From: Octopus vulgaris | Lineage: Eukaryota | Reading direction: 5' to 3' | Assembly: GCA_951406725.2 (NCBI GenBank) | Contig: OX597814.1 | Location: 65,844,001 to 65,908,000, forward strand | DNA: 64,000 bases | Shown here: positions 43,235 to 56,939 of the stretch, piece after piece | Numbering within the stretch: the stretch's first letter is position 1 | How the letters are laid out: every line of letters starts with the position of its first letter | The notes under the pieces: model-generated | Databases searched by the model: none | Told to the model about the DNA's origin: nothing | Seen by the model: the letters and a program-made list of their open reading frames with translations, nothing else | Made by a program: the position numbers and the translations under genes

Positions 43235-43935
43235 GTAATCGGAAGGTGCAACCGCATATGTAGGCTATGTCATGTTTCTGTGGAAGACATCACGCTTGTG
43301 ATTAGTCGCTGTCCTAAAATGTTTTCACGGTATTACCTCCCTATTGCGGCACGTTATTGTTACGAATACAATTTACAATTCCATCCGCAAAAAAGACTCC
43401 TGAATTAAACTTAGAAAATCCATCTGTTATGGAATACATTCATAAACACCAACTCAAGGAATACTGGTGGAATATTCTCATCAAAACTTCTATCAAACGT
43501 AAACATAACAGGCCGGATATTGTTGTTTGGGACATAAGGGCAAAGGCATGTACCATCATAGAGGTCAGCTGCCCTCTTTTTGAAAATCAAAGAGGATAAA
43601 TATGGACAACTATTTCAAAACCTCCAGCTTCTATATCCAGACTATGAATTCATATTCATACTAATAATAAGTGGAGCACTAGGTTTTGTTGGTAAATGCT
43701 TAAAGGAGAATCTGGATAAACTGGGATTTTCAGAAAGAGAAATCGACCGGCTAATTCGTACATTACAAGTGCAATCTGTGGGTGGAACAGTAAAAATATG
43801 CAAAACTTTTCTCAAGTTCCAAATATGAATTTGTCTGTGTTAACTATATCCCAAAGATGGTGCCTTGTATATTTGTTGGAAACCGGCTCCCTCTCAGTGG
43901 AAGAGGATTTATAATAGTTAAAAAATAGAAGAGAC
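43235..43935 (+). pseudogene. RLE-type (R4/Dong-like) non-LTR retrotransposon 3' fragment
   Basis: CRLCHVSVEDITLVISRC zinc knuckle, YYLP-RH, KHNRPDIVVWD, IIEVSCP, KEDKY, ISGALG: the PD..E..K restriction-like endonuclease; stop at 43828 followed by 3'UTR. Confidence 0.88.
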
Positions 43936-45099
43936 ATACACATATACGACAGGCTTATTTCAGTTTCTGTCTACCAAATACACTCAAAAGGCTTTGGTCG
44001 ATCCGGGTACATAGTAGAATACATTTGTCAAAAGTAGAATAGTAGAATGTAGAAGAATTTACTTGCTCAAATAAGTCGGCCTGAACTAGGTGCCATGTGT
44101 TTGGGAAGCAAGTGCATGTATGTGAGGAATTTTCATACTATTTGATGATACTGTAATATTTTTAAGTGTACTACCAAACACCCTAAATTGGTTATTACAA
44201 TTGGCTGTTGCTGTGCCTAGATTAGAAATAATCTATATTGTTTATTTATTTATTATCAATTTATTTACTGTAATGTCATGTATTAGGGTGTCGTATTTCC
44301 TACCCTTTGCCTGTCTTGGTATCTCATATGATACACAGCGCATATTTCCCTGACCTCCAGGCTTTATATATGATACACATTCCAAATGTTTTTCAACCGC
44401 AAGAATGAAAAGAAAGCTTTATATTATTCAATATGTATGAAACAAGGGCTAAGTAAACGTCTGAAAACAGGCATAAACGTTTGGGACAAAGCGAGACAGT
44501 AGAGTTACAATTTACCTGTCCAGGTGATATGCACAGGTAAACTGTAACTCTAGTTCGCTTTCAGCAACTTTAACTCCGAATCAATACTGGAGTTTAAATG
44601 ACTGTAACTACGGGACGAAATCGGAAACATAACTGAATTTTCAATGCAATAAAACAATGCTATGAACATTTTATACAGCATAATAGAAATAAGAACATTT
44701 ATAAAATGTGAAATTTTCTCGAGTCAGACTGGTAATTATAATTATTAAGAGCGACGAACGGTCGATTAGCAGATTCGGTAGTGAGGCGAAAAAATATATT
44801 GTGGTATTTAGTTATGGTTCTTTACGTTAGGAGTTCAGTTCCCACAGGGTCATTTTCACTGAGTGCAATACACTAAAATACTATTTTCGAATAAAGTATC
44901 AGCCAAGTACTGATTGAAGTTTGATTTAACCGATTGAACACCGTTTTCAAGATCTTCATCCAGCTCTGTACCATTGTCAGGAATCATTATTGTGATTATG
45001 CTTAGTTTCATATATTTGGTCAGGTTATGACTGTGTTAATGTAGAAGAAATAATTGGATGCCTCGAGATAATCCAGAGCTAGCCCTTTGTGGTTGTATC

Positions 45100-45830
45100 T
45101 CTGTGTGAATGAATGTGTGTGCAAGTGAGGAAGTGCAAGTGTGTGTGAGTGTCTGTATGCGTGTGCAGGAGTGAATTTATATGTATATGCGAGCATGCGT
45201 GACTATGTCTGTATGTGTGTATATGCATGTGTGCACGTGTGTGGGAAGATATGTGTGTTTGTGTGTGAGCGTGTGCGTGCAAGTCTGTGCACGTATGTGT
45301 GTGAGGAAATGTATGTGATCAAGTGCATCTGTGTATGGATCTGTATGAGAGCGCGAGGGAATTGTATCTCAACGTACGCGTGTATCTGTGCTGGCGTGTG
45401 GGCGTGCGGTCGTGTCTTTGACAATGTGTGCGAGGGTGTATTTCGATATGAATATATGCCGGATGTGTACATGCTTGTGTATGTGCATGCATCTGTGTAT
45501 AAATTCACTTGTAAGTATATGTTCGAATAAGCGCGAGTATATATAAACATGGGACACTGTGTGCATCTGTCTAACTGTATGTGTTCGCATGTATGCAAAT
45601 GCGTGCGAACACTCATACGCAAGTGAGTTGTGTGAAGTGTGTGTTTATCAATGAATAGGAGTATATAAATGTGTGTACAGCACATTTATGTAATTCCATA
45701 TGTAAATATGTGAATGTCTATAGTTGTAAATCTATGAGTAAATGTATGTGAACTTGCGTGAATGGTTCTTTGAGTGTACAAGAGTGTATATATTTGTGTG
45801 TATATCCATGTGTATGTGTGACGAAACAAG
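45100..45830. repeat. Cryptic degenerate (TG)n-rich tract
   Basis: Long decayed TG/TATG sequence producing Cys/Val-rich pseudo-ORFs. Confidence 0.8.
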
Positions 45831-45995
45831 CTAGGACTTGTAACTAAATGCCAAGCAAACTAAAGCGTTAATTCTAAATGAGATTAGCGCCAAATAAAAT
45901 TGAGATTACACACAATAGTACACACACATACCCATACACTCAAGCAAACGCATGCATATATAAATACCTTTGTGTGTATGTGTGTGTATAGATAC

Positions 45996-46039
<44 letters not shown>

Positions 46040-46099
46040 TAATTTATAAATGCATAGTAAGCTCTAAGAACAATAATAATAAAATTATAAATAAGGTTT

Positions 46100-46365
46100 A
46101 AAGAGGATCTACAGCTAATGGAAAGTATCTCCCAACATTACCAGACTTTTAAACAACCTAATTTAAGTAAGTCCACAAGTTTAAGTAAATATATATGGGA
46201 TTTATAATCTAGAAAAAGAGATTACATCCATTATTGGAGTATAATAGGTAGAGCCCACATAATACTGGGGAAAAAGATGTGTTTATTATGTATAACAGAA
46301 TTTATGAAACTGATACGGTCTAGAGATGACTTACTAAACACATACGATGAACGAGGAGTAAATGT
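46100..46365 (+). pseudogene. Penelope-like GIY-YIG endonuclease C-terminal remnant
   Basis: HYQTFK..KSTSLSKYIWDL..YWSII..KKMCLLCITE..I...LLNTYDE matches the PLE endonuclease C-terminus pattern (LSKYIW..CxLCxxE..LLN); preceded by (TA)n. Confidence 0.8.
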
Positions 46366-48686
46366 AGACACAAAAGTAATTTTACATATAATAAAATGAA
46401 ATACTGAACTCACCCCTTTCAATCTAATAACCACACACTTTTGATTTCTACAGTACTTGAATAGATTATATAAATAATTAAATAAATAAATTAATTATAT
46501 ATTACTAAAAATTATAACAAATTATATATATATATCCCTAAACATAGTCAGATTGAAGATAATAATAGAAGATAATTTAACTTAAACTATGCATAGTGTA
46601 ATTAATTACCCGGTACTAATCACGTATAAATTCCAATAGTGATCTACTATCTTCACTTCCTCTAATCGCCATTTTGAAAGAGAACAATTAAATATAACAA
46701 CAACCGATTTGGAGATTAACTTACTTCATCATACACTTGGAATTAAAATTGGAAGGACGATTGGAAAATGTACTTCTAGAAATTCCAAGAGATGTGTTAG
46801 TCAGGAACTGTACGACTTTGATCAGAAATTTACAAGTTCGGCGATGAGATCAGAAGAAACTACCGCCGCCGCCGCCACCACCAGCACCACCACTGCTACA
46901 TCAACAACAACAATATTCTCACGCTTTTTTTTTAACAAAATTCCAAGACTAATAGAAAGTAGGATCACTGAGGGCGAGGAAAGAGTTGTAAATCAGCCAA
47001 AATATGATTCCAGAATTCAAACGTTTTGTTAGGTGTTGCTTGATATATATATAAAAAAAAAAAAAATCATAATTATAATCGCCATTTGTGTATCATAGTA
47101 AATATATACAAACCGTTAGAAGTCATGAAGGTGTGGAATTATCTGAGTAAAATCCCTTCATATATTGGGCTAAAAAACTACAATATATATCGAAGCGAGG
47201 CGAACATCCTCGCTACAATGACTCGCGAAAACAACTGCATTTCACCTATCTTGAAGATTGCCATCTGCGTAAACGATATTCGTGGCATCTTGTTATAAAA
47301 TGACAGTGAAATATACAGTCAGTGATGTTGTGGAAACTTGCTGTACTCTAAAATAAGTCAGCATTGGCAACTCAAACAACATGAAATGAATAACGCCATC
47401 TAAGTATCATACTAAATGTATATATAGTGTTAAAGGCAGGGACTTTATCTCAGACAATTCCACAACCTACACCTTCTAACAGATGGTAGTTTTTATTTAA
47501 CGCTTTTTCATTTGCGTAGACCGAGCTTTATCATTGCGTAAATCAACTTCTTTAAAGATGTAAAATTTCCATTCTTGAAATACTGGTGATCATCGAGAGA
47601 GCCTGATGCACAGGATGAAAACTGCATGATATGTAGATACAACAATTTTGAGGAAATACGAACTGTTGATATTACAGTTGTAGGTTCTGCATCCAATCAA
47701 CTTGGCCATTTATGATTCTCATGTGTAATGCTGAATTAATAAAAATTATTTCCTACCAACATGTATCATTCATTACTGCGGGTCTCCTGAAGCTAAAATA
47801 TTCTACGAAACCATAGGAACAACATTCTTGCGGTAGGATATGAAACCGCAGTCAATAAAAAGGCCACGACATTGACATCTTAACTATACACTCAGCACAA
47901 CCTTTTTCCTTTTCTATCTAATAACTTCCACGAAAATAAATATACTCTCTTAATTGCAACCAATTCAATTTCCTTTGGGATATTAATACTTTCTTCCTCG
48001 TCCTCTTCATTTATTTTGTCATTAATTTTATCATCTTTATACAAGCCGCCGCCACCACCACTAACAGCTACAGCAACACCAATAATACTATGCTGCCAAC
48101 ACCTTCACCATCAACATCAGTTTTATCCTGATCATCATCGTTATCATCGTTCTTCTCTCCACCTCCCCCCTCTCCCCAGCTCCTCCAGTTCCTCCTCCAC
48201 TCCATCCACTTCCTCCACCTCCTCTACCTCCACCTTCTTCACGTCAACCACCACTACCACTCCTCCTCCTCCTCCTCCTCCTCCTCATCATCATCATCAT
48301 CACCACTAACTATCTATTTGTCTATCTGTCTGTCTGGCTGTCTATTTTTCCGTCTATCTATCAATATTTATATATCTGCCTCTTTCTTATTATCTCTCCC
48401 TTTCTTTTTTTTTCTTCTATATGTTATTGTGGCTTTAGGTAAAATGCCTTACTACTAACTCTATACTGGGTCTTCATGTCCTATGTTCAAACTCCATAGA
48501 TTTCAGCTTTGCCATACGTCCTTTCGGGCTTCATAAAATAAGTACAGTTGAGCACTAGGGTCGAGCAATCGACTAGCCATTAGTCCCAAATTGAGCCTAT
48601 CGTATTATAATTATTACTATTATTATACTTTATGTCTGTCTTTGTATTGTCCCCCTCATCCTTCGCCCTTGTAACAAATAAATGAA

Positions 48687-48687
<1 letters not shown>

Positions 48688-48781
<94 letters not shown>

Positions 48782-48816
48782 CAGTAGTAGCAGTAGCAGC
48801 AACAGCAGCAGCAGCA

Positions 48817-48849
<33 letters not shown>

Positions 48850-48852
48850 GTT
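48688..48852. repeat. (TTA)n-(GTA)n-(GCA)n trinucleotide array
   Basis: Directly visible. Confidence 0.95.
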
Positions 48853-48954
48853 ATTCAACGCAAACTATATCATCATCATATTCTTTTTTTCTTTTTTTAA
48901 TAAGATTTCATTTACGGTTAGGTTACACAAGCAAAACACGCACGAATACATACA

Positions 48955-49133
<179 letters not shown>

Positions 49134-49574
49134 GTATACATAATCACATACGCACCCTCCTGAACACATGTATATAGGAGTGTGTGTGTGTGTGTATATA
49201 CACTTATACACACATATATATACATATGCTCACATATATACAGGCATATTTATGTGTGTGTATATAGTCCTTATTTTCTTTTAAATTAATGTCTGTTTAT
49301 GTTTCATTATGTTGATTTAGCGTTGGCATAGGACACAAATTAGATGCAGCTAAACAAATTCGGTGGTTAAGAAAAAACCTGGTGTTTAGAAAAAATACAT
49401 CGATGCACTCACAGCCGTTTTACCGTCGAGCTCCTTAATTATATTTAATACTACTTACCAGCAGATTCTCGGTATCTTCTTGAAGACCCACCCGTTTTGC
49501 ACTAACTTTTCTTTAGTTATATCAGCTTAATATTGAGTTCTGAGTAAAGAGGGGAAAAAATAGATCCGTAAATA

Positions 49575-49995
49575 ATACTTTCTAAAATAGGGACAAGAAT
49601 TAAAATTTTGGGGGAGGGGTATGTCGATTACATTGACCCCAGTGCTCAACTAGTACTTTTTTCAACGACCGCGAAAGGATGAAAGGCAATCGTCTTCGGC
49701 GAATTTGAACTTAAAACGTAAATACGGACGATATGCTGCTGGGCATTTTTCCCGGCGCAGCAATGATTCTACCAGCTCATCACCTTATAAATAATCCTTT
49801 CTAATAAAGACACAAGGCCTGAAATTTTCCAGGGAGGGGACTAGTCGATTACATCGACCCCAGTCACTAGCTGGTACTTAATTTATCGACCCCGACAAGA
49901 TGAAAGGCAAAGTCCACCTCGGTGGAATTTGAACTCAGAACGTAACGGCAGACGAAATACTGCTAAGCATAACGATTCTGCCAGCTCGCCGCTTT
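49575..49995 (-). mobile_element. Two tandem SINE family B copies
   Basis: Two successive units gtcgattacat.gaccccagt..gatgaaaggcaa..gaatttgaact..gattct.ccagctc. Confidence 0.85.
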
Positions 49996-50066
49996 TCGCT
50001 GCATTATAAATAATGAATAATGATAGGCACACGCGTACATACACACACTCACTTACACAAACACAC

Positions 50067-50128
<62 letters not shown>

Positions 50129-50137
50129 ATGTATATA

Positions 50138-50665
50138 CAGGGTGATTAAAAAAGTAACTCCCAAATTTAAAATACTTATAAATTATTTATCAATTGTCAT
50201 TTTTACAAAAAAATGGATATGAGAGGAAAGCTTTTAATATGGGGCTTTATTTAAATTTTGATATGGGCTCCAGATGTCACCACCAGCTTCTTGAGTCGCC
50301 CAGGAATTGCGTCAACTGATTTCACCAGAAACTCTTGTGGGATGGACAACAACTTCTCATATTCGCCCTTCAAGTTCTTCCCAAGTCTTTGGTTTGTACA
50401 GTAGACTTGTTCCTTTAACCAACCACAAAGAAAGAAGTCGCAGGGTGTTAAGTTGAGACTTCTGGCTGGCCACTCATGCGGATAACAACGATCTATCCAT
50501 CCCCGAAGAAAGTGGGCATTTAGTCACTTGTGAATGACAAGAGCAATACAGTTAAAGAATAAATTCTCATACTTCAAAAAACAAACAAAAAACTTGAGAA
50601 AAAATTGCAATTAATAAATAATTGATAAGTATTTTAAAATAGGGAGTCACTTTTCAGTCACCCGG
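50138..50665 (-). mobile_element. Internally deleted Tc1/mariner-superfamily element
   Basis: Imperfect ~70-bp TIRs (cagggtgattaaaaaagtaactccc.. / ..gggagtcacttttcagtcacccgg), TA flanks; minus strand encodes GWIDR..HEWPARSLNLTPCDFFLCGWLKEQVY (transposase C-terminus). Confidence 0.88.
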
Positions 50666-50673
50666 TACGTATG

Positions 50674-50725
<52 letters not shown>

Positions 50726-50746
50726 TATTACGTGGTATTATGTCTA

Positions 50747-50794
<48 letters not shown>

Positions 50795-50797
<3 letters not shown>

Positions 50798-51700
50798 GAT
50801 ACGATGGGTGAATTGTCAACATTAAACATTTTTAATTTTGTCGACTACACGCTATTGTAGGGTCAGGTGGGCACCGTCTGTGAGAAAAGCAGGATCATGT
50901 CACAATTCACTCTGCCAGAAATTTAGAAACCAGATGCTTCACTGCTTGGCATTCGCGCCGGAAGCTCCAATACAAATATTTCAGAGTGTTTGGGTGTCAA
51001 TCTGAGGACAGAGCAGAGGAATCGGAACGAGTTAGGGTTAGTGCTAGGGTTACGAAGATTCAGAAAGAGTTAATGGTGATTACGAAGATACGGTAGCTCG
51101 GAAAATTCACTTTGATCGTTCTGATAAGAAAAGAACTCCTGAATTTGTTGATGAAATATAGGCCATGATTGACAACGATCCCTCCAAGTCAATCAGGTCC
51201 ATCACCAGGGACATGAGAGTGTCTGAGTTTCTCATCAGGTAGTGCATGAAGACATTCGATATTGCTCATTCAAGATGAAAGAGTGCCAGCTTTTATCCAA
51301 AGCCATCAAGGACAAGAGGAAAGACTGCGATACAAAGCTTTTGAATAAACGCAAGCATTCTCTCCAACCGAACCTGCTTTTGTTTATCTGAGACGAGAAA
51401 TGTTTCTGCCAGGATCAGATGGTGAACACACAGAACAACTGTTGGCTTGCCGTATCCCCAAAACATGTACCGATTGTGATAAAAATGAAACAATCAATCA
51501 ACATTATGGTGTTTTGAGTGATTACGAGTGATGGTGACGTTATGCCTCCATTCATCTTACACAGCTTCACACTCAACATGGAGGCCTGCATCAAGTGCCT
51601 GGGAGAGATAATGCTGACCTGGGTCAAGAGGGTGGTTGCTGGAAGACACCATTTCTGCCAATAGGACTCTGCACAATGCTATACAAGCAGGAAAACCCAG
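50795..51700 (+). pseudogene. maT-like (DD37D-type) Tc1/mariner transposase remnant, 3'-truncated
   Basis: ATG at 50897; NISECLGVNLRT, DPSKSIRSITRDMRVS..VHEDI, SDEKCFCQDQMVNTQNN.W, IMVF*VITSDGDVMPP, DSAQCYTSRKTQ; third catalytic residue is missing, so the DD37D assignment is by resemblance only. Confidence 0.8.
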
Positions 51701-51719
51701 ACAGACACACAGACAGACA

Positions 51720-52566
51720 TATCAGAGGGGTGCATGAGCATAGCAGGAAACATGTTTCAATGTGGCTAGACTACAAGAAATCCTTTGACTCTGTTTCCCA
51801 CTAATGGAAGCTAGAAACTCTTCAACTTGGTAAAGTTCCAGCGAGCACCAAAGATATCATCCCCATCATAAGTTGTTGTTCGAAACTTTTATCATGGTAT
51901 TATCTGCCAATGAGACATGATGCTGTAGGTAAGACACTGTATAATGAGATCCTCCGAAAGATAAAACTGAGGTCAAAGAAATAAGAACCCAAAGTATGGT
52001 AGAAGCCATAGCCACTCATAATATAAAGGTGTCGTGGTGAAATTTCCAAGTGAAGATCGCAATTAAATGTAAACATAATAGACCTGACATAGGGATTTGG
52101 AATAAAGAATAGACAATGTGTACAATTGTGGAAACCAGTTGCCCAGCGGATGTTAACATAAAGCTAAAGATCAGTGAAAAAACCCACTTACTCTGAATTA
52201 TTCAGAAATCTATAGTTATTCTACCCAGGTTGCAAGTTCTGGTTTATACCTGCAGTTATTGGAGCACTAGGATATATAACACACTGACTAAATACAAATC
52301 TTGAGAAATTAGGCTTTTCAAAATCTAGATCTGTAAAAATCTGTAAAACTTTCCAAAAGTTTATCATTTCAGTATAAATGCACATATCTAGACATGCAAC
52401 TATATGCATCAGAATACATATGCAAAACAAAACATACAAATCTGCACATGCAGTGAATCCAAATGTTACACACACACACATATATATATATATAAACACC
52501 TTTGGATCTAGGTTAATCCCCCCTCTCTCTATTGGCAAGAAATCTTCAAATAAAACTGAATAATGA
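51720..52566 (+). pseudogene. RLE-type non-LTR retrotransposon remnant (internally deleted) with 3'UTR ending in (TACA)n
   Basis: WLDYKKSFDSVSH (RT), YYLPMRHDAVG, KHNRPDI, IVETSCPAD, IPAVIGALG; 3' end aataaaactgaataatga then (CATA)n. Confidence 0.85.
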
Positions 52567-52804
52567 CATATATACATACGAACATACATACGAACAAACA
52601 TACATACATACATACATACATACATACATACATACATACATACATACATACATACATGTATAAACTTACATGTAAGTATACTTTCACACAAGTATAGAGG
52701 ACTTAATTACTTTAATAAAGTTTGTTTTCTTTTAACAGATGAATGAAATTTTAAAATTTATTCTTATAATTGTTTGCAAATCTTACTTTTGTTATAACAT
52801 TTAA

Positions 52805-53015
52805 GTCGGTGAGTTGGCAGAATCGTTAGCACGTCCTTCAAAATGCTTACAGTATTTAATCCGTCTTCTCATTCTCAGTTCAAATTCCACTGTGGTCGAC
52901 GTTACCTTTCATCCTTTGGGTCAATAAAATGAGTACCAGTTGAACACTGGTTTCGTTATAATCGATTGTTTCCTTCCCCCAAATTGCTGGCGTTGTGCCT
53001 AAATTTGAAGCCAAT
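52805..53015 (+). mobile_element. SINE family B
   Basis: ggtgagttggcagaatcgttagcacg..cagttcaaattcc..cctttcatcctttggg..aaattgctggc. Confidence 0.8.
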
Positions 53016-53156
53016 GTTTCAGTTAAATATAACATTTGATCAGTTGTTTTCTTTATTCAAAATTCGGACAGAACTTACGGGATGACCTGATACATAAAAC
53101 AAACATAATATTGTATGTATGTAAGCATGTATGTATGTTTGTATGTATGTATGTAT

Positions 53157-53542
53157 GTCATTATTCAGTTTTATTTCAAAATTTCTTGCCAATAGAGAAA
53201 GAGCCGGTTTCTAACATAGATCCAAGTCTCCTGCGTTGGAATTTCAGCATCAGAAACATGGTATTTTAGTATGTATGTATGTATGTATGTATGTATGTAT
53301 GTATGTATGTATGTATGTGTGTATGTATGTATGTATGTAAGTATGTATGAATTATGTTTGTATTTATGTATATGTGTAAGCATGTATGTATATATGCATG
53401 TATGTAAGTATGTACATGTGCAGATTTGCATGTTTTGCTTTATGTATGTATTCTTATGCATATAGTTGCGTATCTAGACAAGCTTATATATTTAAATGCT
53501 TAACTTCTAGAAAGTTTTACAAATTTTTAAAGTTCCAGTGAT
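53157..53542 (-). mobile_element. 3' end of the same RLE LINE family as 51720-52566, inverted
   Basis: Reverse complement aligns with ~52330-52566 (aaaacttt..tctaga..gcaactatatgcat..aaatctgcacatg..ctattggcaagaaat..aataaaactgaataatga); embedded in (TATG)n on both sides. Confidence 0.8.
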
Positions 53543-53559
53543 GTATGTATATACGTTTG

Positions 53560-53790
53560 TACGTACGTACGTATGTATGTAAGTATGTATGTATGTGTGT
53601 ATGTATGTATGTATGTATGTATGTATGTATGTATGTATGTATGTATGTATGTATGTATGTAGGTATGTATGTATGTATGTATGTAGGTAGGTAGGTAGGT
53701 AGGTAGGTAGGTAGGTAGGTAGGTAGGTAGGTAGGTAGGTAGGTAGGTAGGTTGGTAGGTAGGTAGGTAGGTAGGTAGGTAGGTAGGTAT
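53560..53790. repeat. (TATG)n grading into (TAGG)n
   Basis: Directly visible. Confidence 0.95.
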
Positions 53791-54332
53791 GTCTGTGTTT
53801 TTGTATGTATGTTTGCATATACGAGTGTTTAAGCATCCTGTCTTCTATTATAGCTTCGGACTGACCAAAGTGAGTGGATTTAGTAGAGGGAAACCGAAAG
53901 AAGCCAATTTCATATGTATGTGCGCGTGTGTTTATATGTATGTACATATGTGTGTGTGTATGTTTGTATAAGAATAGGGAAAAAGAAAATCTCTCAATGA
54001 TATTTCCAGATTTCATTATTAAGTTGTACAGCTGTTTCCACAGTTTAAATACAAACATCATTATCTCTATAATTATTACATAATTACAGTTGTAGGGTTA
54101 ATAATGAAATCTTGAAATATCATTGAGATGTTTGCTTTATAGTCTTCTAAATATTTTGCTCTTGACATTCTTTTTATCTAATTTACCTCTATGTAAACTC
54201 TTTCCTATACCTATTTTATTAAAGTAATAATATCTAGGGGTTGAACAAGATATTAAACAAATGTATAGTTATATTCAGTGGATACGTTTCTATAGAGCTT
54301 AAATACTAATTCCATATAATAAATTACATTAA

Positions 54333-54545
54333 GCGGGAAGCTGGCAGAATAGTTAGCACGCCGGGCGAAATACTTAGCGGCATTTCATCTATCTTAATGT
54401 TTTGCGTTCAGATTCCACTTGGGTCGACATTGCCTCTCGTCCTTCGGGCTCGATAATATGAATACCAGTTGAACACTGGAGTCGATGTAATCAACTTAGC
54501 CTCTCTCCGAAACCTGCTGGCCATGTGTCAAAATTTGAATCCAAT
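54333..54545 (+). mobile_element. SINE family B
   Basis: agctggcagaatagttagcacgccgggcgaaa..gtcgatgtaatc..aaaatttgaa. Confidence 0.8.
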
Positions 54546-55641
54546 ATGATACATTTTACACATGTACATAGCAATACACTCACAAACCTAGGCACACTTA
54601 TTTATGTTTCTGTCCCTCTAAGTAAGGGTTAGTATGCAACGGATCCTTATAATATTATGAATTATTGTGCTCTTATATTCAGCAAAATATAAATCCGATT
54701 TTAAAATTATTGACACAATCCCCTATCACATCGCCTTAATAACATAAACAATTCCACATCAATTACTACCGCTCAGTACTAACAACAATGTTACGACTAT
54801 TGAACATTGACATTTTTAATTGTCAACAATTGTTGTTTACGCTAATAATTTCAGAGCAATTCCAAGTAATAGTGTCCAACGCAAAATTCTTTCAAAGCTT
54901 AGCACAAATTATTTTAAGCATATATCCAAAGATGGACAAGCATGTATGTAACTAAAAGCTCAGCTAAGCTTTCATCCTCATATCATTCTGAAAATATTTT
55001 GCACTTACTACCCTAATAACATGTCGACTGAAAATATCAAAGTGGTCTGATATGAAATTGGTGAAAGAATTCTCAGACTGCTTGGTAAAGAAGGGAATAA
55101 TATACGAAAAGATGAGATTTTAGTTACACAAATATACTTAAACACTTATAAAATCACAAATGTATGCACACAATTTCATAGACAAATACACACGAATACA
55201 CATAGATACGTACATATATAAGCATATATGTGTGTGTATGTATGTGTGTGTGTGTATGTATGTGTGTGTGGGTTTGTGTGTACACACACACAAACAGACA
55301 CACACATATGTATATAGTTATATATATATATATATATTATGCATCCTTCCAAGAAAAATGTTAACCTTAGTTAATAACACTGAAGAAGTTCTGCCCCATA
55401 TACTTAAAAATTATACCATTCTTAGCATATAAACAAATGCTTAGAATCGCATATCAACCGAGGGATGGAGCTCAAACATATATTTAGGCTTTTTCGCATC
55501 TCCTATTTTCTTTTTGAGTTTTACCACTTATAATGTATTTGTATTGATATTTTTTAAGAAAAATTCAACATCTTTATATCATAGAAACAAATTATTCATA
55601 CATCAATCTTTTTCCCATTTTCTTTCTTTTAATATATATAT

Positions 55642-55935
55642 ATACAAAATTTAGAGGACTGGCCACTAAAGTGGATAGCCTATATGCTATACTTAGACGT
55701 CAAATCGCCATTACCACGAAGAATGTGTTCTCAAGAAAAATGTTGCTGAGATTTTTCTTGGGAATACATTCATCGTGGTAATGGCGATTTGACGTCTATG
55801 TTTAGCATATAGGCTCTCCACTTCAATGGTCAGTCCTCAAAATTTTGTATGTAACACAATTTTTAATCTTCGGATTTTTTAAATATGCTAAGCCACTGGT
55901 TTTAATTGATTAATATCAATTTCTACTCTCATAAT
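55642..55935 (+). mobile_element. TA-flanked fold-back element: 100-bp inverted arms (about 90% identical) plus 3' extension
   Basis: Arms 55642-55741 and 55751-55850 with a 9-nt loop; right arm plus extension recurs as a direct copy at ~56548-56745. Confidence 0.8.
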
Positions 55936-56057
55936 GTAATTTTAAATAAAAAATGTTCTCTAACCGGTATATTGGCTGCTGTAATTTATTAACTGCAGAG
56001 TAATTTCCGATCTCAGCGCACCAAAGTGAAGGTATTTGAAAGATACACCTAAATATA

Positions 56058-56288
56058 TATTTCTTTACTACCCACAAGGGGCTAAACATAGAGGGACAAA
56101 AAAGGACAGACAAAGGGATTAAGTCGATTACATCGACCCCAGTGTGAAACTGCTACTTAATTTATCGACCCCGAAAGGATGAAAGGCAAAGTCCACCTCG
56201 GCGGAATTTGAACTCAGAACGTAACGACAAACAAAATACCGTTAAGCATTTCGCCTGGCGTGCTAACGTTTCTGCCAGCTCTCCGCCC
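56058..56288 (-). mobile_element. SINE family B subfamily with 14-bp target-site duplication
   Basis: tacacctaaatata at 56044-56057 and 56289-56302 flank a full-length copy. Confidence 0.92.
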
Positions 56289-56745
56289 TACACCTAAATA
56301 TAATTTGTAGTGTAGTAACACCTAAATATTATATGTAGAACATTATACATGCTGGATTTCAGTTGAGCGTTCTGTATCTAGTTCTGGAAATTGTGTTTCG
56401 TAAACGACAGACTATGCTGATGATCTTGCAAGATATATGCGCGTTCATATACGTAAATAATAACAAGTGACACCAATGGTACATAGGTAATCGTTTTTTA
56501 TTTCGTATATTTTCATTTGTCTTGCTTATTTTTACGTTTTGATATTTTGCTGAGATTTTTTCTTGTGAACATATTCTTCGTGGTAATGGCGATTTGACGT
56601 CTATGTTTAGCATGTAGGCTGTCCACTTTAGTGATCATTCCTCTATATTTTGTATGTAACACAATTTTTAATCTTCGGATTTTTTAAATATGCTAAGCCA
56701 CTGGTTTTAATTGATTAATATCATTTTCTACCCTTATTATTGAAT

Positions 56746-56777
<32 letters not shown>

Positions 56778-56939
56778 GGTATGTATGTAGGTACGTATGT
56801 ATGCATGTATGTATGTATGTATGTATGTATGTATGTATGTATGTATGTATCTATGTATGTATGTATGTATGTATGTTTGTATGTATGTATACACACATAT
56901 ATGCATATATATACATACATACACATAGTATTATTGTAT

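Noticed and set aside
51031-51053. Telomere-like ttagggttag..tagggtta inside the maT remnant
   Set aside because: Only about two imperfect units, within a small local rearrangement; insufficient evidence for telomerase healing
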